Translations under genes and position numbers: made by a program | Source: an uncultured Erysipelotrichaceae bacterium | Lineage (GTDB): Bacteria > Bacillota_I > Bacilli_A > RF39 > UBA660 | Assembly (NCBI GenBank): GCA_902782835.1 | Contig: CACZOQ010000011.1 | Span: 1-38,551 of the forward strand | Reading direction: 5' to 3' | DNA: 38,551 nt | Notes under the pieces: model-generated | Database searches by the model: none | What the model was told of the DNA's origin: nothing | What the model saw: the letters and a program-made list of their open reading frames with translations, nothing else | Shown here: one piece after another, positions 1 to 9,481 of the stretch | Layout: every line of letters starts with the position of its first letter | Numbering within the stretch: the stretch's first letter is position 1

Positions 1-639
1 CATAAAAAAGGTTATATAGACGTAATGGCAAGCTGTAAGGAAAGTATCCAAGAATTCTATAAAAATGAAGGGTATCATGCACACTTTATCACAAATAAAG
101 TAGAAACAAATGTAAAACCGGAAAACAAAAAGTCGAAAGAGATTAGAATCGGTTTATATGCCGCAAAATGTGATGATTGGAGAAAAAACATGTTTTCTCA
201 AATGGCAGCAGTTGCTTTAATAGATAATGCTGTATTAGATATGGTTCCTCTAAATCCAGTTGCTCAAGAATTTGCTGAGACAATTGGTTTAAAAATTGAA
301 GGAGTAGAAAAATCACTTCCTCGCGAAGAATTATTAAAAAGAATGTCCAATAATCACTTAAATTTATATGTAACCTATTCAGAATGTGCTCCTATGCTAC
401 CTCTAGAGAGTTTTGAAATGGGAGTTCCATGTATTACAGGAAATAATCATCATTATTTTAAGAATAGCGAATTAGAAAAATATATTGTTGTGAATAATGA
501 AGAAAATCCAGTCGATATTAAAGAAAAAATAGAAGAATGTTTAAAAGAAGAAAAAAAGATTATGAAACTTTATGAAAAATTCCGAGAGAAAAATAAGAAA
601 GAAGCGGAAGATTGTGTAGATAAGTTCATAGAAATGTAG
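1..639 (+). CDS. GT-B fold (GT4-like) glycosyltransferase, 5'-truncated by the window edge
   Basis: Frame is open from base 1 (HKKGYIDVMASC...). It has the C-terminal GT-B E-x7-E motif (SECAPMLPLESFEMGVPCI) and lies in a glycan operon. Confidence 0.7.
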   Translation, partial: HKKGYIDVMASCKESIQEFYKNEGYHAHFITNKVETNVKPENKKSKEIRIGLYAAKCDDWRKNMFSQMAAVALIDNAVLDMVPLNPVAQEFAETIGLKIEGVEKSLPREELLKRMSNNHLNLYVTYSECAPMLPLESFEMGVPCITGNNHHYFKNSELEKYIVVNNEENPVDIKEKIEECLKEEKKIMKLYEKFREKNKKEAEDCVDKFIEM

Positions 640-647
640 GTGAGAGT

Positions 648-2663
648 ATGATAGAAAACAAATTAGATTTAATTTATAACAAAAAGTATCTTGTCATCGT
701 ACCACAAATGTCTAGTATGTATTATGATGCCCTTACTTATACTTTTAAAAATACCATATTATTAAAGAATAATATTGATGATATTGCTTTTGTAACAGAA
801 TTAATCAACAAGAATAATATCAAACAATTAATCTTTGTAGATTATATAGTAGAATATGAAAGAATTTTATCAAATCTAAAAGAAGATCATGAAATTAAAT
901 ATATTTTTACCAATTCTTTAGGAGCTTTATCTAGTCCATTCTTATATAGTGTTTTCCAGGGAATCTATACAAACTATAAAAAGAGAAAAGTGAATAAAAT
1001 TGGTTTCTTAGATAATGGGATGTATGAGACATTTAGACATAAAGGAGACAATGTTAACTATCTAAAATTAGATGTGGAACCAGAAACCGCTGAAAAAGTA
1101 GATTCAAATACTGTTGGTATATTAAGTGATGAAAATAAAGATACCCATAGTTTCTATAATGAAATGAGTGCTGTTAAATTAACCAATCAATATGCAGCAA
1201 AGATTGTTAAATGTAATAAAGTAACGAAAAAATTTGCTAAAACATTTGATATAACATTAGAAGAAGTAGAGCAAGAAGAAGTAATGAAAAACAACATAGT
1301 AAATCTAAATGTTAATTTTACAGAAAATCATTATTTATACTTTATCAAGAGTATGGATTTAGGAATTCCTTGTCTATTAGGAAATTCAGATTTATTAGAT
1401 CATTATAAAACTTTAAAAGAATATCTAGTTGTAAAAAGCGATGATGATATTAATGAAATAAAAGATAAAATACAACTTGCTATTAAAAATACTAAGGCGA
1501 TTCAAAAAGAGTATCTAAATTTTAGAAAAGATTATAGTAAAGATTCTAAAAAACTAGTAGAAGAGTTTTTAGAAACAGAAGTAGAAGAAGAGACTGCAGA
1601 CTCTAAAGAAGATCTTTTAATAACAGTAGTAGTACCAGTATATAATACAGCAGATTATTTGGAAAAAAGTCTATGTTCTATCATTGATGCCATTCCAGAA
1701 AAAACAGAAATTCTAATCATTAATGATGGATCCACTGATAATAGTGAAGAAATTATATTAAAATTTAAAGAAGAATATCCAGATATTATTCGTTACATCA
1801 AACAAAAAAATCATGGTTTAGGAAACGTTCGTAATGTTGGACTAAAAGAAGCTAAAGGTAAGTATATCGCATCCATTGATTCAGATGATACGATTCATAA
1901 AGACTTTTTCCAGGATGCTTTAGAATATCTAGAAAATGATATTGATATTGTAATGTGTGATTGGCTAACTATTACAAATGAAACGAAATTCGAAACAGCT
2001 GCCTTAGACTATATTTTTAATACAATAGATCCATATCAAGGACTATTATATACAACAATTATGCCATCTACTTGTAATAAAATCATTAAAAAAAGTTTAT
2101 TTGAAGACTTAAAAATTCATTATATAGAAGATAAATATGAAGATTTAAGTACGAATCCATTTGTTATGTTAAAAGCCAAAACAATTAAGTACATTCCAAA
2201 ACCATATTATGAATACTATATTCGTAGTAATTCTATTATGCGTTCTAGTGCTGGCCTTAGTATGATTGATGTTCTTAAAATAGTAGAGGAACGACTAAAT
2301 AAATATAAAAAATATTGTAATGTCGATATGAATACGTTTAAATACTATACTTATTCATGGCGTATGGAAGAATATATCATGAATCAGCTATATACAATAG
2401 AAGAAAAAGAGTTAAAGAATTATATTGATTATATTGAGAAAAATATAAAAGATTTAATGTTAGAAATATTTCAAAATGAAAAATATCAAGATACAATCAA
2501 TCAATTATCTAAAAAAGATAGAGATTATATCATAAGAAGAAATGCTGCTTTAAAAACAAATAAATTATTAAGTTTTATTAAAGAAGTAAGAAAAACAAAA
2601 AAATATTATAAAATAAGTCCAGGAGTAATTTATTATGGAAACCAAGAAAAAAAAGAGGATTAG
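648..2663 (+). CDS. Two-domain glycosyltransferase: degenerate GT-B-like N-terminal half plus GT2 C-terminal domain
   Basis: GT2 motifs ITVVVPVYN, INDGSTD, RNVGL and SIDSDD from about aa 324. The N-terminal half aligns by eye with the upstream ORF. Confidence 0.85.
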   Translation: MIENKLDLIYNKKYLVIVPQMSSMYYDALTYTFKNTILLKNNIDDIAFVTELINKNNIKQLIFVDYIVEYERILSNLKEDHEIKYIFTNSLGALSSPFLYSVFQGIYTNYKKRKVNKIGFLDNGMYETFRHKGDNVNYLKLDVEPETAEKVDSNTVGILSDENKDTHSFYNEMSAVKLTNQYAAKIVKCNKVTKKFAKTFDITLEEVEQEEVMKNNIVNLNVNFTENHYLYFIKSMDLGIPCLLGNSDLLDHYKTLKEYLVVKSDDDINEIKDKIQLAIKNTKAIQKEYLNFRKDYSKDSKKLVEEFLETEVEEETADSKEDLLITVVVPVYNTADYLEKSLCSIIDAIPEKTEILIINDGSTDNSEEIILKFKEEYPDIIRYIKQKNHGLGNVRNVGLKEAKGKYIASIDSDDTIHKDFFQDALEYLENDIDIVMCDWLTITNETKFETAALDYIFNTIDPYQGLLYTTIMPSTCNKIIKKSLFEDLKIHYIEDKYEDLSTNPFVMLKAKTIKYIPKPYYEYYIRSNSIMRSSAGLSMIDVLKIVEERLNKYKKYCNVDMNTFKYYTYSWRMEEYIMNQLYTIEEKELKNYIDYIEKNIKDLMLEIFQNEKYQDTINQLSKKDRDYIIRRNAALKTNKLLSFIKEVRKTKKYYKISPGVIYYGNQEKKED

Positions 2664-4365
2664 AATATCAATAGGAGTCATATTATCTATGTTTGCATAT
2701 GTAAGTCTATATCTTCAAGGTTTTATGGCTCTCAATCACACAATATCATTTTTTATGTTCGTAATAATCCTGTTAGCTTACTTAAAAAGTGATATAGGAA
2801 ATAAAGAGTATTGTAAAGATTTCATTGTATTATCTATATTTTTAGGTTTTCTATATACGATTGGAAAACAATTATATGAAATACGATATGTGAATCATAT
2901 CAACTATATTCGAGAATTTCTTCGAATAAAAAGTATGGTTAGTTGGATAGGTAATTCAGCGATTATTTATTTAGTCTTAATTAATGTAATTCCAGCATTT
3001 TTAAAATATAATATCTTTACAAAAGAAAAGGAAAGTAAAAGATTTCTTCTCACAACAACGATTATTTTATTAGGATGGTTACCATATTATATTTTATTTT
3101 TCCCAGGAATATTAACATTTGACTCATTAGGACAACTTCGTATGATTAATGGTCTACAATTATTAACCAATCATCATCCTGTGATTAGTACCGTTTTCAT
3201 GGCAATTCCCTATAAAATCGTATATGCAATTACAAAAAATGTTAATATAGCCGTAGGGGCAATTTCTCTTACTCAAATGATTCTTATGGCCTGTATTTTT
3301 TCATATACATTATCTTTTTTAAGAAAAAGAAATGTAAATATCAAAGTAAGGGCAATTATTCTAGCATACTTTACATTATTCCCAGTAAATGCTCTATATA
3401 GTATTACATTATGGAAAGATATATTATTTAGTGGATTAATACTATTATTAACATTAGAATTAATCAAAATAACAGAAAAAAAAGATCAATTAACATTAAA
3501 AAATACAGTTTCTTTTATCATTATTTCCATCTTAACGAATTTATTTCGAAATAATGCAATCTATATGTATTTCATATTAATTATCATTACAATGATTGTG
3601 TTTAGAAAACAATGGAAATACTTTGTAAAAGCATTCGCGATTATATTAGTAAGTTATTTTATGATTTCAGGACCTGTATATAATTATTTTAGAATTGAAA
3701 AATCATCTTCTACAGAATATATAGCAATTCCACTACAACAAATTGGAAGAATGGCTTATAAAAATGTTAAGTTCAATAAAAAAGAAACAAAATTATTAAA
3801 TAACTTAATAGGAGTAGAAATATTAAGAAAAAATTATAATGCAGAGATTGTCGATAGTATAAAATTTCATAAAAAATATGATGTCAAAGTATTCGATAAT
3901 CATAAAGGTGAATATCTAAAAATGTGGGCAGGTTTATGTATCAAGCATTTTGATATAGCAACAGAAGCCTATTTAATATCAACATTAGGTTATTGGTATC
4001 CAGATACAACATACTGGATCTCTACTGCTAGAATTGATGAAAATGATATGGAAATTAAAAATCTATTCTTTTCTGATTCCTTAAGAGAAAAAGTAGCGAA
4101 AGTATTAACCAGAAGTCTACCAGTAGTTGGAATACTATATAGTATTGGTTTTTGCTTTTGGTTAATCATTCTATCTATTTATTTTTGCATCAAAAAGAAA
4201 AATAAGATTGCAATATACAGTATGGTACCAGTGTTAGGAATATGGTTTACCATGATGATCGCAGCACCAGTTTTCTCAGAATTTAGATATGTTTACTGTA
4301 TGTTTACTACAGTACCTGTATTATTATTAGTTAGTAGAATCATAAAAACATCAAAAAAAGCATAA
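2635..4365 (+). CDS. DUF6020-like polytopic membrane protein (putative GT-C glycosyltransferase)
   Basis: Many TM helices. Motifs PGILTFDS, NHHP, LWKD, FRNNA, LQQIGR, LGYW and EFRY. Paralog of 6462..8606. Confidence 0.7.
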   Translation: METKKKKRIRISIGVILSMFAYVSLYLQGFMALNHTISFFMFVIILLAYLKSDIGNKEYCKDFIVLSIFLGFLYTIGKQLYEIRYVNHINYIREFLRIKSMVSWIGNSAIIYLVLINVIPAFLKYNIFTKEKESKRFLLTTTIILLGWLPYYILFFPGILTFDSLGQLRMINGLQLLTNHHPVISTVFMAIPYKIVYAITKNVNIAVGAISLTQMILMACIFSYTLSFLRKRNVNIKVRAIILAYFTLFPVNALYSITLWKDILFSGLILLLTLELIKITEKKDQLTLKNTVSFIIISILTNLFRNNAIYMYFILIIITMIVFRKQWKYFVKAFAIILVSYFMISGPVYNYFRIEKSSSTEYIAIPLQQIGRMAYKNVKFNKKETKLLNNLIGVEILRKNYNAEIVDSIKFHKKYDVKVFDNHKGEYLKMWAGLCIKHFDIATEAYLISTLGYWYPDTTYWISTARIDENDMEIKNLFFSDSLREKVAKVLTRSLPVVGILYSIGFCFWLIILSIYFCIKKKNKIAIYSMVPVLGIWFTMMIAAPVFSEFRYVYCMFTTVPVLLLVSRIIKTSKKA

Positions 4366-4388
4366 TAACAGTTTAAGGGGGAAATGGA

Positions 4389-5540
4389 ATGAATACAAAA
4401 ACAAGAAATTCCAATTATGAATTAATGAGAATCATTTCTATGTTTTTAATCGTTCTTTATCATGTGATTTTTCATGGCAAAGTAAAAGAAAACTGTACGA
4501 GTTTAGGAGTAAAAGAAATATTTACTTTTATTGAAATGTTAACAATTGTACATGTTAATTCTTTTGTACTTGTGTCAGGTTATTTTCAAAGCACTTCAAC
4601 TTGGAAACAAAGTAAACTATGGAAATTGATTATACCAATTATTTTCTATAGTATATTAATATTAGTACTAGTACTTGCATTTGGTGTTGTTCCATTTGAT
4701 AAAAATGGTATTATAAAAGAACTTTTTCCTCTAGAATTAATATGGGGAAGTTATTGGTTTATGAAGTACTATATTGCCCTTTACTGTTTATCCCCATTTA
4801 TAAATCAAGGAATAAAAAACTTTTCCAAACAACAATTTCAAAGATTATTAGTCATTTTAACTATACTATTCTCAATTTTACCTTTTTTAACAGGGCAAAA
4901 AGCTTTTGATAATACTGGTTATTCCTTATATCAATTTATCTATTTATATTTAATAGGGGCTTATCTTAGAAAATATCCAATAGAGAATAGTTATTTAGGA
5001 AGAAAGTTTTCCAATTCTTTCTTACAAATCATATTCATTGGAACAGCTTTTTTAAGTTTACTAGCAAATTATATTTTAGCAAAAGCAAGTTTTTCGTTAT
5101 TAGGAGTCAATGCAACTCTAGATTATTTTGCAATGAATATTTATAAGGCCAAAGAATGGTATAGTAATCCATTTGTTTTAATCCAAAGTATTTCATATTT
5201 CTGTTTTTTTAAAACATTAAATATCAATAGTAAAATCATTAATAAATTAGGAAGTTTAACAATAGGAATATATCTAATTCATGACAATCATTTTATTAGA
5301 GATTATTTGTATTACTGGACAAAAATCAATAGAGAAAATATAGGTTCCTATCAATTTATTCTATATGTTATAGGAATAGCCATTCTAATTTACATAGTAT
5401 CTTCTATCATAGAATGGATACGACAACTTATTTTTCATTTTATAGGAAATCGAAAAATAAGTAAAAAAATACGGAATAAATATTATGACTGGATTCATAG
5501 TATTTATATAATAAAAAATAGTGGAGGTAATAGTGTATGA
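4389..5540 (+). CDS. Acyltransferase-3 family membrane O-acyltransferase
   Basis: RNSNYELMRIISMFLIVLYH, FVLVSGYF, YWFM..Y and GIYLIH motifs; about 10 TM helices. Confidence 0.85.
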   Translation: MNTKTRNSNYELMRIISMFLIVLYHVIFHGKVKENCTSLGVKEIFTFIEMLTIVHVNSFVLVSGYFQSTSTWKQSKLWKLIIPIIFYSILILVLVLAFGVVPFDKNGIIKELFPLELIWGSYWFMKYYIALYCLSPFINQGIKNFSKQQFQRLLVILTILFSILPFLTGQKAFDNTGYSLYQFIYLYLIGAYLRKYPIENSYLGRKFSNSFLQIIFIGTAFLSLLANYILAKASFSLLGVNATLDYFAMNIYKAKEWYSNPFVLIQSISYFCFFKTLNINSKIINKLGSLTIGIYLIHDNHFIRDYLYYWTKINRENIGSYQFILYVIGIAILIYIVSSIIEWIRQLIFHFIGNRKISKKIRNKYYDWIHSIYIIKNSGGNSV

Positions 5541-6484
5541 AAAATACAAAAAAAATAGCAGTATTAATTCCCTGCTATAACGAATCAAAAACAGTAGAAA
5601 AGGTAGTAAAAGATTATAAGAAAGTTTTACCAGAAGCGGATATTTATGTATATGATAATAATTCAACAGACGGTACCGATAAAATTGCTAAAAAGGCAGG
5701 GGCTATTGTTCGCTATGAGTATAAACAAGGAAAAGGAAATGTTATTCGTTCCATGTTTAAAGAAATTGATGCAGATTGTTATTTAATGATTGATGGAGAT
5801 GATACATATCCAAAAGAAAATGCTCGAGAAATGTGCGACTTAATTTTAGAGAAGAAAGCAGATATGGTAATAGGAGATCGTCTTTCTTCTACCTATTTTC
5901 AAGAAAATAAGAGACCTTTCCATAACTTTGGAAATAAACTAGTAAGAGGATTAATTAACACATTATTTAAGAGTAATGTAAAAGATATTATGACTGGATA
6001 TAGAGCGTTCAGTTATGAGTTTGTAAAGACATTTCCAGTCTTATCAAAGGGATTTGAAATTGAAACAGAAATGACGATTCATGCATTAGATAAAAATTTC
6101 TTATTAAAAGAAATACCAGTAGAGTACCGTGATAGACCAGCTGGAAGTGAATCAAAATTAAATACGGTAAGAGATGGTATGAGAGTATTAAAAACGATTG
6201 CTCGACTATTTAAAGAGTATAAACCAATGATTTTCTTTGGCTTAATTAGCTTATTATTCTTTATTATTTCATTAATATTTGGAGTTCCAGTTTTTGTAGA
6301 ATATTTCCAAACAGGTAGAGTTCCAAGATTTCCTACATTGATATTCTCTGGATTTATTTTAATGATTTCAATGCTAAGCCTAATTTGTGGAATCCTATTA
6401 GAAGTAGTCGTAAAAAAACACCGTCAATTATTTGAGTTGTTCTTGATAAGGAGTTATAAAAATGATGGAAAAGATACTAAATAG
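5537..6484 (+). CDS. GT2 polyprenyl-phosphate glycosyltransferase (DPM1/GtrB-like)
   Basis: IPCYNE, DNNSTD, QGKG, DGDDTY, DIMTGYRAF and GFEIETE motifs; two C-terminal TM helices. Confidence 0.88.
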   Translation: MKNTKKIAVLIPCYNESKTVEKVVKDYKKVLPEADIYVYDNNSTDGTDKIAKKAGAIVRYEYKQGKGNVIRSMFKEIDADCYLMIDGDDTYPKENAREMCDLILEKKADMVIGDRLSSTYFQENKRPFHNFGNKLVRGLINTLFKSNVKDIMTGYRAFSYEFVKTFPVLSKGFEIETEMTIHALDKNFLLKEIPVEYRDRPAGSESKLNTVRDGMRVLKTIARLFKEYKPMIFFGLISLLFFIISLIFGVPVFVEYFQTGRVPRFPTLIFSGFILMISMLSLICGILLEVVVKKHRQLFELFLIRSYKNDGKDTK

Positions 6485-8606
6485 GAAAGATATTAAATAT
6501 TTAGTAGTTATACTGATATACTTTTTATTCATTTATAAATTGGAAATCAATGTATTTGATACATATTCATGGGTATTGTTCTTATTTATGATAATGGGCT
6601 GTCAAAAACTAACGCTTTATCAAAAACATTACTTTTCTATGAGTGTTTTATTATCAATTATTTTTTCAGTATTATTAGTATATGGTAGTGCCGCCAAAAG
6701 GGTATTATTTGAAAAGACGCTTACATTATCATCCGTCTTTTTTACCGTACCTAAATTTATCATGATTCTTCTAACATTTATCATGTTTTATAGTTTACTA
6801 ATCAATATCTTTAGTATATTAGATAAACTAACACTATTTGAACGAAGAAAAGAAGTAACCAGTAAAAAGATATGGGTAGGGGTAAGTATTTTTTCCATAG
6901 TTGCGAGAATTCCATATTTTCTAGCTTTATATCCAGGTGTTTTAACACCAGACTCTATTTATGAATACAACATGATTACCGGAATATCTAAGACACTAAG
7001 TAATCATCATCCTCTGATTCATGTTTTATTTACATATCTGCCTTATAAACTAGGAATGATTTTATTTCATAATGTAAATGCTGCAGTTGCAACCGCAACA
7101 TTCACTCAAATAGTAGTAACCAGTATCATCATAGGTTACATTATTCAATTTTTATATAAAAAAGGAGTAAAAAAATTCTATATCATATTAGTATTCCTTT
7201 TCTATACTTTATTACCACTACATAGTTATTACAGTGTAACTGTTTGGAAGGATGTAATGTTCTCTTACATTTTAGTGTTATTATTACTAAAAATATATGA
7301 TTTATATACCAAGTATTTTAATCGAGAAGATTTAACCAAAAAAGATATGATTTCTTTTGTTCTTATCTCAATCATATTTGTACTATTTCGAAATAATGCA
7401 ATCTATGCATATGCATTCTTCGGAGTCATAATGGTATTATGCTTCCATAAACAAAAGAAGTTAATGATTTCTTCGTTATTAATCGTAATAGGAGTATATT
7501 TAATCATAATGATTCCAATCTATAATATGATGGGAGTTAAAAGGTCATCATCATCTGAATATATAGCTATCCCTCTACAACAAATTGGTAGAATGACCTA
7601 TAAAAACACAAAATTTACTAAAAAAGAGAAAAAACAAATATCAAAACTATTACCAATCAAAACTATGGAAGAATCATACATTCCTCAAAACGTTGATAAA
7701 TTAAAATTTCATAAAGAATTTCAACAAGACGAATTTGACAAGAATAAAATGGAATATTTACAATTATGGATGAGTTTAGTTTTAAAACATCCTGATACAG
7801 CAGTTGAATCCTATAGTATATCAACATTAGGATATTGGTATCCTAGTTTACAAGAATGGAATACAGAAAGAGGAGTATATAAGAACAAATCAGGAATTAA
7901 ACATACTCCATTAGGAATCAAAGAAGTTAATAATGTTTTATTAAAAGGAGATAACTTATTCCAAAAAATAGGAATAATAAATATCTTTTTATCGGTAGGT
8001 GCAGGTTTTTGGATATCACTTGTTCTAATGACCTATAGTATGAAGAAAAGAAAAGAAAGAATACTATTCTTTGCCCCATTAATAGGAATATGGATTACGA
8101 TGATGATAGCATCTCCAACATATGGAGAATTTCGTTATATTTATTCTGTGTATTTAGCACTACCAATATTATTTTTAGTACCATTTATAAAAACAGAGAA
8201 AAGGGTGGAACAAATTCAAATGGAAAAAAGCAATTTAATGATGCAAATACTAAAATTTGGTGTTGTAGGTGGGACAGCATTTGTAATTGATTATGGAGTA
8301 TTAATATTCTGTAAAGAATTTCTTCATTTTAATACAATTATCTCAACATTCTTAGGATTCACTATATCAGTCATCTATAACTATATTGCTAGTGTTAAAT
8401 GGGTTTTTGATGTAAATAAAGAGAATAGTAAGAAAAAGAATTTTATTCTATTTATTGTCTTTAGTATTATTGGATTAATCTTAACAGAAGTAATTATGTT
8501 TACAGGTGCTGACTTATTAAAATTTGAATATAAATTAGTAAAAATATTTGCCACCGCAATAGTAATGGTATTTAACTTTGTAACGAGAAAAATATTCTTA
8601 GAGTAA
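6462..8606 (+). CDS. DUF6020-like GT-C membrane protein fused to a C-terminal GtrA flippase domain
   Basis: Same motifs as 2635..4365. The last ~125 aa (QILKFGVVGGTAFVIDYG...NYIASVKWVF...FNFVTRKIFLE) are a typical 4-TM GtrA domain. Confidence 0.8.
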   Translation: MMEKILNRKDIKYLVVILIYFLFIYKLEINVFDTYSWVLFLFMIMGCQKLTLYQKHYFSMSVLLSIIFSVLLVYGSAAKRVLFEKTLTLSSVFFTVPKFIMILLTFIMFYSLLINIFSILDKLTLFERRKEVTSKKIWVGVSIFSIVARIPYFLALYPGVLTPDSIYEYNMITGISKTLSNHHPLIHVLFTYLPYKLGMILFHNVNAAVATATFTQIVVTSIIIGYIIQFLYKKGVKKFYIILVFLFYTLLPLHSYYSVTVWKDVMFSYILVLLLLKIYDLYTKYFNREDLTKKDMISFVLISIIFVLFRNNAIYAYAFFGVIMVLCFHKQKKLMISSLLIVIGVYLIIMIPIYNMMGVKRSSSSEYIAIPLQQIGRMTYKNTKFTKKEKKQISKLLPIKTMEESYIPQNVDKLKFHKEFQQDEFDKNKMEYLQLWMSLVLKHPDTAVESYSISTLGYWYPSLQEWNTERGVYKNKSGIKHTPLGIKEVNNVLLKGDNLFQKIGIINIFLSVGAGFWISLVLMTYSMKKRKERILFFAPLIGIWITMMIASPTYGEFRYIYSVYLALPILFLVPFIKTEKRVEQIQMEKSNLMMQILKFGVVGGTAFVIDYGVLIFCKEFLHFNTIISTFLGFTISVIYNYIASVKWVFDVNKENSKKKNFILFIVFSIIGLILTEVIMFTGADLLKFEYKLVKIFATAIVMVFNFVTRKIFLE

Positions 8607-8618
8607 GGAGATCATTAT

Positions 8619-9473
8619 ATGGATTATATAAAATTAATGAGACCAAAACATTATATTAAAAATTTATTAGTATTTTTACCTTTAATCTTTAGTGGATTAT
8701 TAACAAATCAAGCTTATCTAATCCAAACAATTATTGGGTATATTGCTTTCTGCTTAACAGCTAGTACCATTTATATAATGAATGATATTCGAGATAAAGA
8801 AAAAGATAAAAAACATACAAAAAAGAAAAATAGACCAATCGCATCTGGAAGAGTACCAGTCAAGAATGCAATAATTTTAATTGTTGTTTTATTAATTGCA
8901 GTAACTCTAATTCTTTATTTTTCAAAAATAAATATGACAGCCATAATCTTTTTAGTAACATATTTTGTCATTAATATTGGTTATAGTTTTGGATTGAAAA
9001 ATGTTCCATTAGTAGATATTGCAATTATTGTTGCAGGCTTCGTAATTCGTGTTCTATATGGAGGAGCAATAAACAATATAGAAACCTCTAACTGGTTGTA
9101 TCTAACAATCATTACCCTTTCTTTTTACTTAGCATTAGGAAAAAGAAGAAACGAAATTTCAAAAGAAGGAAAAAAGGCTAGAAAAGTATTAAAATATTAT
9201 ACTCAAGAATTCTTAGATAAAAATATGTATATGTTTTTATCAATGGCTATAGTATTCTATTCTCTTTGGGCTACATCAACAGAAATGGTAATAAAATCTC
9301 ATAATCGTCTAATTATTACGATACCAATTATAATGCTATTATGTATGCGTTATAGTATGAATATAGAAGATAATAGTGATGGAGATCCTACAGAAGTTAT
9401 TATAAAAGATAAAGTAATATTAGGACTAGGAACTTTATTAGGAATAGGATTAATTGTTATTTTATATGGATAG
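8619..9473 (+). CDS. UbiA-family polyprenyl-phosphate phosphoribosyltransferase (DPPR synthase-like)
   Basis: MRPKHYIKN, YIMNDIRD, NRPIASG, YSFGLKN, GFVIRV, LGKRRNE and GDPTE motifs typical of the Rv3806c-like subfamily. Confidence 0.88.
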   Translation: MDYIKLMRPKHYIKNLLVFLPLIFSGLLTNQAYLIQTIIGYIAFCLTASTIYIMNDIRDKEKDKKHTKKKNRPIASGRVPVKNAIILIVVLLIAVTLILYFSKINMTAIIFLVTYFVINIGYSFGLKNVPLVDIAIIVAGFVIRVLYGGAINNIETSNWLYLTIITLSFYLALGKRRNEISKEGKKARKVLKYYTQEFLDKNMYMFLSMAIVFYSLWATSTEMVIKSHNRLIITIPIIMLLCMRYSMNIEDNSDGDPTEVIIKDKVILGLGTLLGIGLIVILYG

Positions 9474-9481
9474 GAGGAAAT

